Assembly: GCA_051530055.1 (NCBI GenBank)
Contig: CM121343.1
Location: forward strand, 4,744,389-4,808,388
Length of the DNA: 64,000 bases
Reading direction: 5' to 3'
DNA from: Neoechinorhynchus agilis
Taxonomy: Eukaryota > Animalia > Acanthocephala
Shown: piece after piece, positions 61,335 through 64,000 of the stretch
Position numbering within the stretch: position 1 is the stretch's first letter
How the letters are laid out: each line of letters opens with the position of its first letter
The notes under the pieces: generated by a model
Database searches by the model: none
What the model saw: the letters and a program-made list of their open reading frames with translations, nothing else
Told to the model about the DNA's origin: nothing
Made by a program: the position numbers and the translations under genes

Positions 61335-62910
61335 CGACCCTGAGAAGGGCTCGTAATCAAAATTGATAAAATGAATGATCCCTCCTCTCTAGTGTCGTCG
61401 ACAAGCGACCTAAATAATAACACAAACCAAAATTGTCGACAAGGACGCGCTGGCTATTTTTACATGCTTATTTTGATTACTTTTTCGATCGTTCATTATT
61501 ATCAAGGAGACCACTATCTACCGTTCAATTACAACTTTGCACAACCATCTATCATCAGCAACCACTTCCTTTGGACGGCAGATGCCACTGCACTATTTTC
61601 GAATGTAACGATAAAGGAAGTAACTAATTTGGCCGCGGATTTACTTTCGAAACGATACTTGGATCCCAAGCTGGATATGAATGATTGGTCAGTACTGATT
61701 GATGATTGCACGACGAAGTCTGCGTTCTCATTCGAAGGAAAATTCTATGACCACACGAACGGAATGGCAGTGGGATCACCGTTAGGAACAGCATTGGCCA
61801 ACATCTATATGATCGAATATAAGAAGCAACTGAGATTGAAGTTTCCTGAGATTGTGGCGTGGTGGAGGTACGTTGACGATGTGTTTGCGGTGACTAATAA
61901 GGATACTATTAAAATGAAGTTAGAGGATCAATTGGTCGGAATAAATCCGTTGATAAAGTGGAGCATCGCCCCAGAGGACGACCAGGATCAGCTTCTTAGA
62001 TGTGTTGATACAACGACAAGGAGCTTTGATCACGTCGCCATAATTCCATAAGCCAGGTATACTCTGGGGAACGAACCATTGGAGAAGCCATGTACCTACC
62101 AAGTACAAAATCAATGTTGCAGTAAATATCTTCTAGCGAGCCATAAAAATCGCAATGCCCATGTGATGAGGAAGGACATTGAGAGCATCTTCGTATAACT
62201 TCAGGACCTTGAGTACCCGACATACGCTATAAAGAAGGCATTGGCTCGAGTGAAGAGCACGACGAAAAGTGATGGTACAGACGGTTTGGAGAAGAAATTC
62301 ATTCGAGTTCAGTTCATCTCAACGAGGATAGGTAACATGCTCACACACATTATCAGAAAACCGAGTTCGACGACTCTGGTTTCCTACTATTCGTCAGGAC
62401 TCAAACTGAGCGGGATATTGAAAGCGAGACCATCACAGCATATGGAAAATTGATGGCTGGTATATTCGATATCCTGTAAGGATTGTGATCAGGTCTAAAT
62501 TGGACGGACAAAACAGGGGATGCGAAAAAAGAGTCAAGCAACATGAGTATGCGCTACGACGAGGTGACGTGTCGTCAGCCTTATCCAATCACGCTATTAA
62601 CAACGACCAAAGAATCGATTTTGGAAACGCGTGTACAAGGATGGCCGAGAGGAACCTACAAAGCAGGTTGATAAAAGAATCTCTGCTCATTAACATGGAG
62701 GACACAATGGAAGAGAGCAATCATTCTCTAGGACTCCCGACGAGGAATCTCCATGGGTCTTTTGCGCGGAGGGGGGGGGAAACATCACCTCGGGAATCTA
62801 CGGTCCTGCGCACCCGAGTCAAGGCTACCAACTTAGGCACCCCCACCACATCCATTTTTAGATGCTTGAGAAGGAGGCTGAGACCTCGAAAATTCGCAAG
62901 GTTGACTTCA
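61335..62910 (+). mobile_element. Penelope-like element 2 (RT core, thumb, decayed GIY-YIG), internally deleted and frameshifted
   Basis: DATALFSNV, FSFEGKFY..TNGMAVGSPLG.ALANIYM and WRYVDDVF. SISCKDCDQ and KRVKQH..ALRRGD.SSALS.HA. Terminal hammerhead at the 3' end and a decayed copy (CTGAGAAG) at about 61340. Confidence 0.88.
62863..62898 (+). ncRNA. Minimal type I hammerhead variant with U3-A8 core
   Basis: TGC-TTGAGAA-G-GAGG(CTGAGA)CCTC-GAA-AATT-C-GCA, at the same position relative to its PLE as the 59.6 kb hammerhead. Confidence 0.65.
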
Positions 62911-63131
62911 ATAAAACTCGAGTGTGTTACGATTCACAACGTAACATAAATTGATTTTTATATTTCCAAAATCTATGAACCTTGCATTTCGAGTTTTTTT
63001 TAATGATACTAAGGTCGATCCTCCCGCTTGCACAGAACGAAAGAAGTCGCTGGAGCACATTTAAGGGTACTTCATTTAGAAAACGATACATTCCCTCATT
63101 TTATTTATGGATGTAATATTTCTGTTTTCAG

Positions 63132-63809
63132 ATGTTGATTCTGATTATTGGTGACATTCACTTTCCTTTCCGTTCACCGTCTATTCCAATTCAATTCAAG
63201 AAATTTCTGCATTCTGGACGCATCCAACATATTCTTTGCACAGGGAATTTATGTACCCGCGGCATGGCCGACTACTTACGCTCAATATGTCCGGATCTTC
63301 ACATCGTACGAGGGGATTTCGATAATACAACATCAGTAGCCATGAACCAGACAAACTCTTCAGGTTCTTTGTGGAATTCCTCTGAACAAAAAGTCGTCAC
63401 TATCGGCGGAATTCGGATTGGACTCTGCCACGGACATCAGCTGATTCCAATATCGAAAAAAGGCATCCTCCTTATGCTCGGACAACAATTAGATGTAAAT
63501 ATTTTAGTGACGGGTCATTTAAATCGTTATCATATTCTTGAAGCTGATAAAAAGATTTTCTTGAATCCAGGATCCGCGAGTGGCGCATTTAGCCCTTCTT
63601 TTGATGATGATTACGATGGTGGCTTATTACATGAAAATGGCGGTGACTACAACCACGACGAGCTTAAACTCGTTGCACTCGGTCAGGTTGGCGTTCCTTC
63701 GTTCATGTTACTAGACGCTGATACCAATGATATTAACATATACGTCTACAATCTTATCAACGGAGAAGTTGATATTCACAAATATGTACTAGCCCGTTCG
63801 CCTAACTAA
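63132..63809 (+). CDS. VPS29: Retromer subunit VPS29 (divergent, with two insertions)
   Basis: MLILIIGDIHFP.R...P..FKK.L..GRIQHILCTGNL, HIVRGDFD, IGLCHGHQ, LDVNILVTGH, FLNPGSASGA, PSFMLLD and YVYNLI.GEV. Confidence 0.93.
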   Translation: MLILIIGDIHFPFRSPSIPIQFKKFLHSGRIQHILCTGNLCTRGMADYLRSICPDLHIVRGDFDNTTSVAMNQTNSSGSLWNSSEQKVVTIGGIRIGLCHGHQLIPISKKGILLMLGQQLDVNILVTGHLNRYHILEADKKIFLNPGSASGAFSPSFDDDYDGGLLHENGGDYNHDELKLVALGQVGVPSFMLLDADTNDINIYVYNLINGEVDIHKYVLARSPN

Positions 63810-64000
63810 ATTGTTTGAGCGAAGACGGGTACGTTTGAGCCCAAAGCTATGTTTGCCAAACATAATCAGATTGCATTTATCTAATACTTTAATTTTAAAT
63901 GAAATTTATTTCTCACTACATGGTAAGGATCCGTGATTTGTAAAAGCAATTCTAGGAGGTATCAAATTAAACGTGAGCGACTTCTCAAAGCTACCTTGCG

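Overview
Eukaryotic (animal-like) nuclear DNA with a compact, repeat-rich layout. Host genes: DCAF7/WDR68, an EVI5-like TBC RabGAP with many short introns, acetyl-CoA synthetase, an interrupted ankyrin-repeat gene, a PTCD2-like mitochondrial PPR gene and VPS29. These lie among decayed retroelements: two tandem Gag-knuckle/APE/RT LINEs, L2/CR1-like, RTE and CRE-like pieces, and two Penelope-like elements (PLEs). There are three tandem-repeat blocks: a 21-bp TGACGTCA-palindrome array, a ~350-bp complex repeat and a ~13.6-kb satellite of ~316-bp units. The most striking signal is RNA-level. The 316-bp monomer and a dispersed relative at 16.4 kb contain all three hammerhead ribozyme strands (GAAA, CUGAUGA, UH) with complementary stems I, II and III, but in an order that is not type I, II or III: the CUGAUGA strand sits in the loop of an extended stem III hairpin. 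This suggests a retrozyme-like satellite with a non-circularly permuted hammerhead. Separately, at least five PLE-type minimal type I hammerheads occur, one with a compensatory U3-A8 core. All structures were read by eye; no folding, alignment or database search was run, and TE boundaries are approximate.
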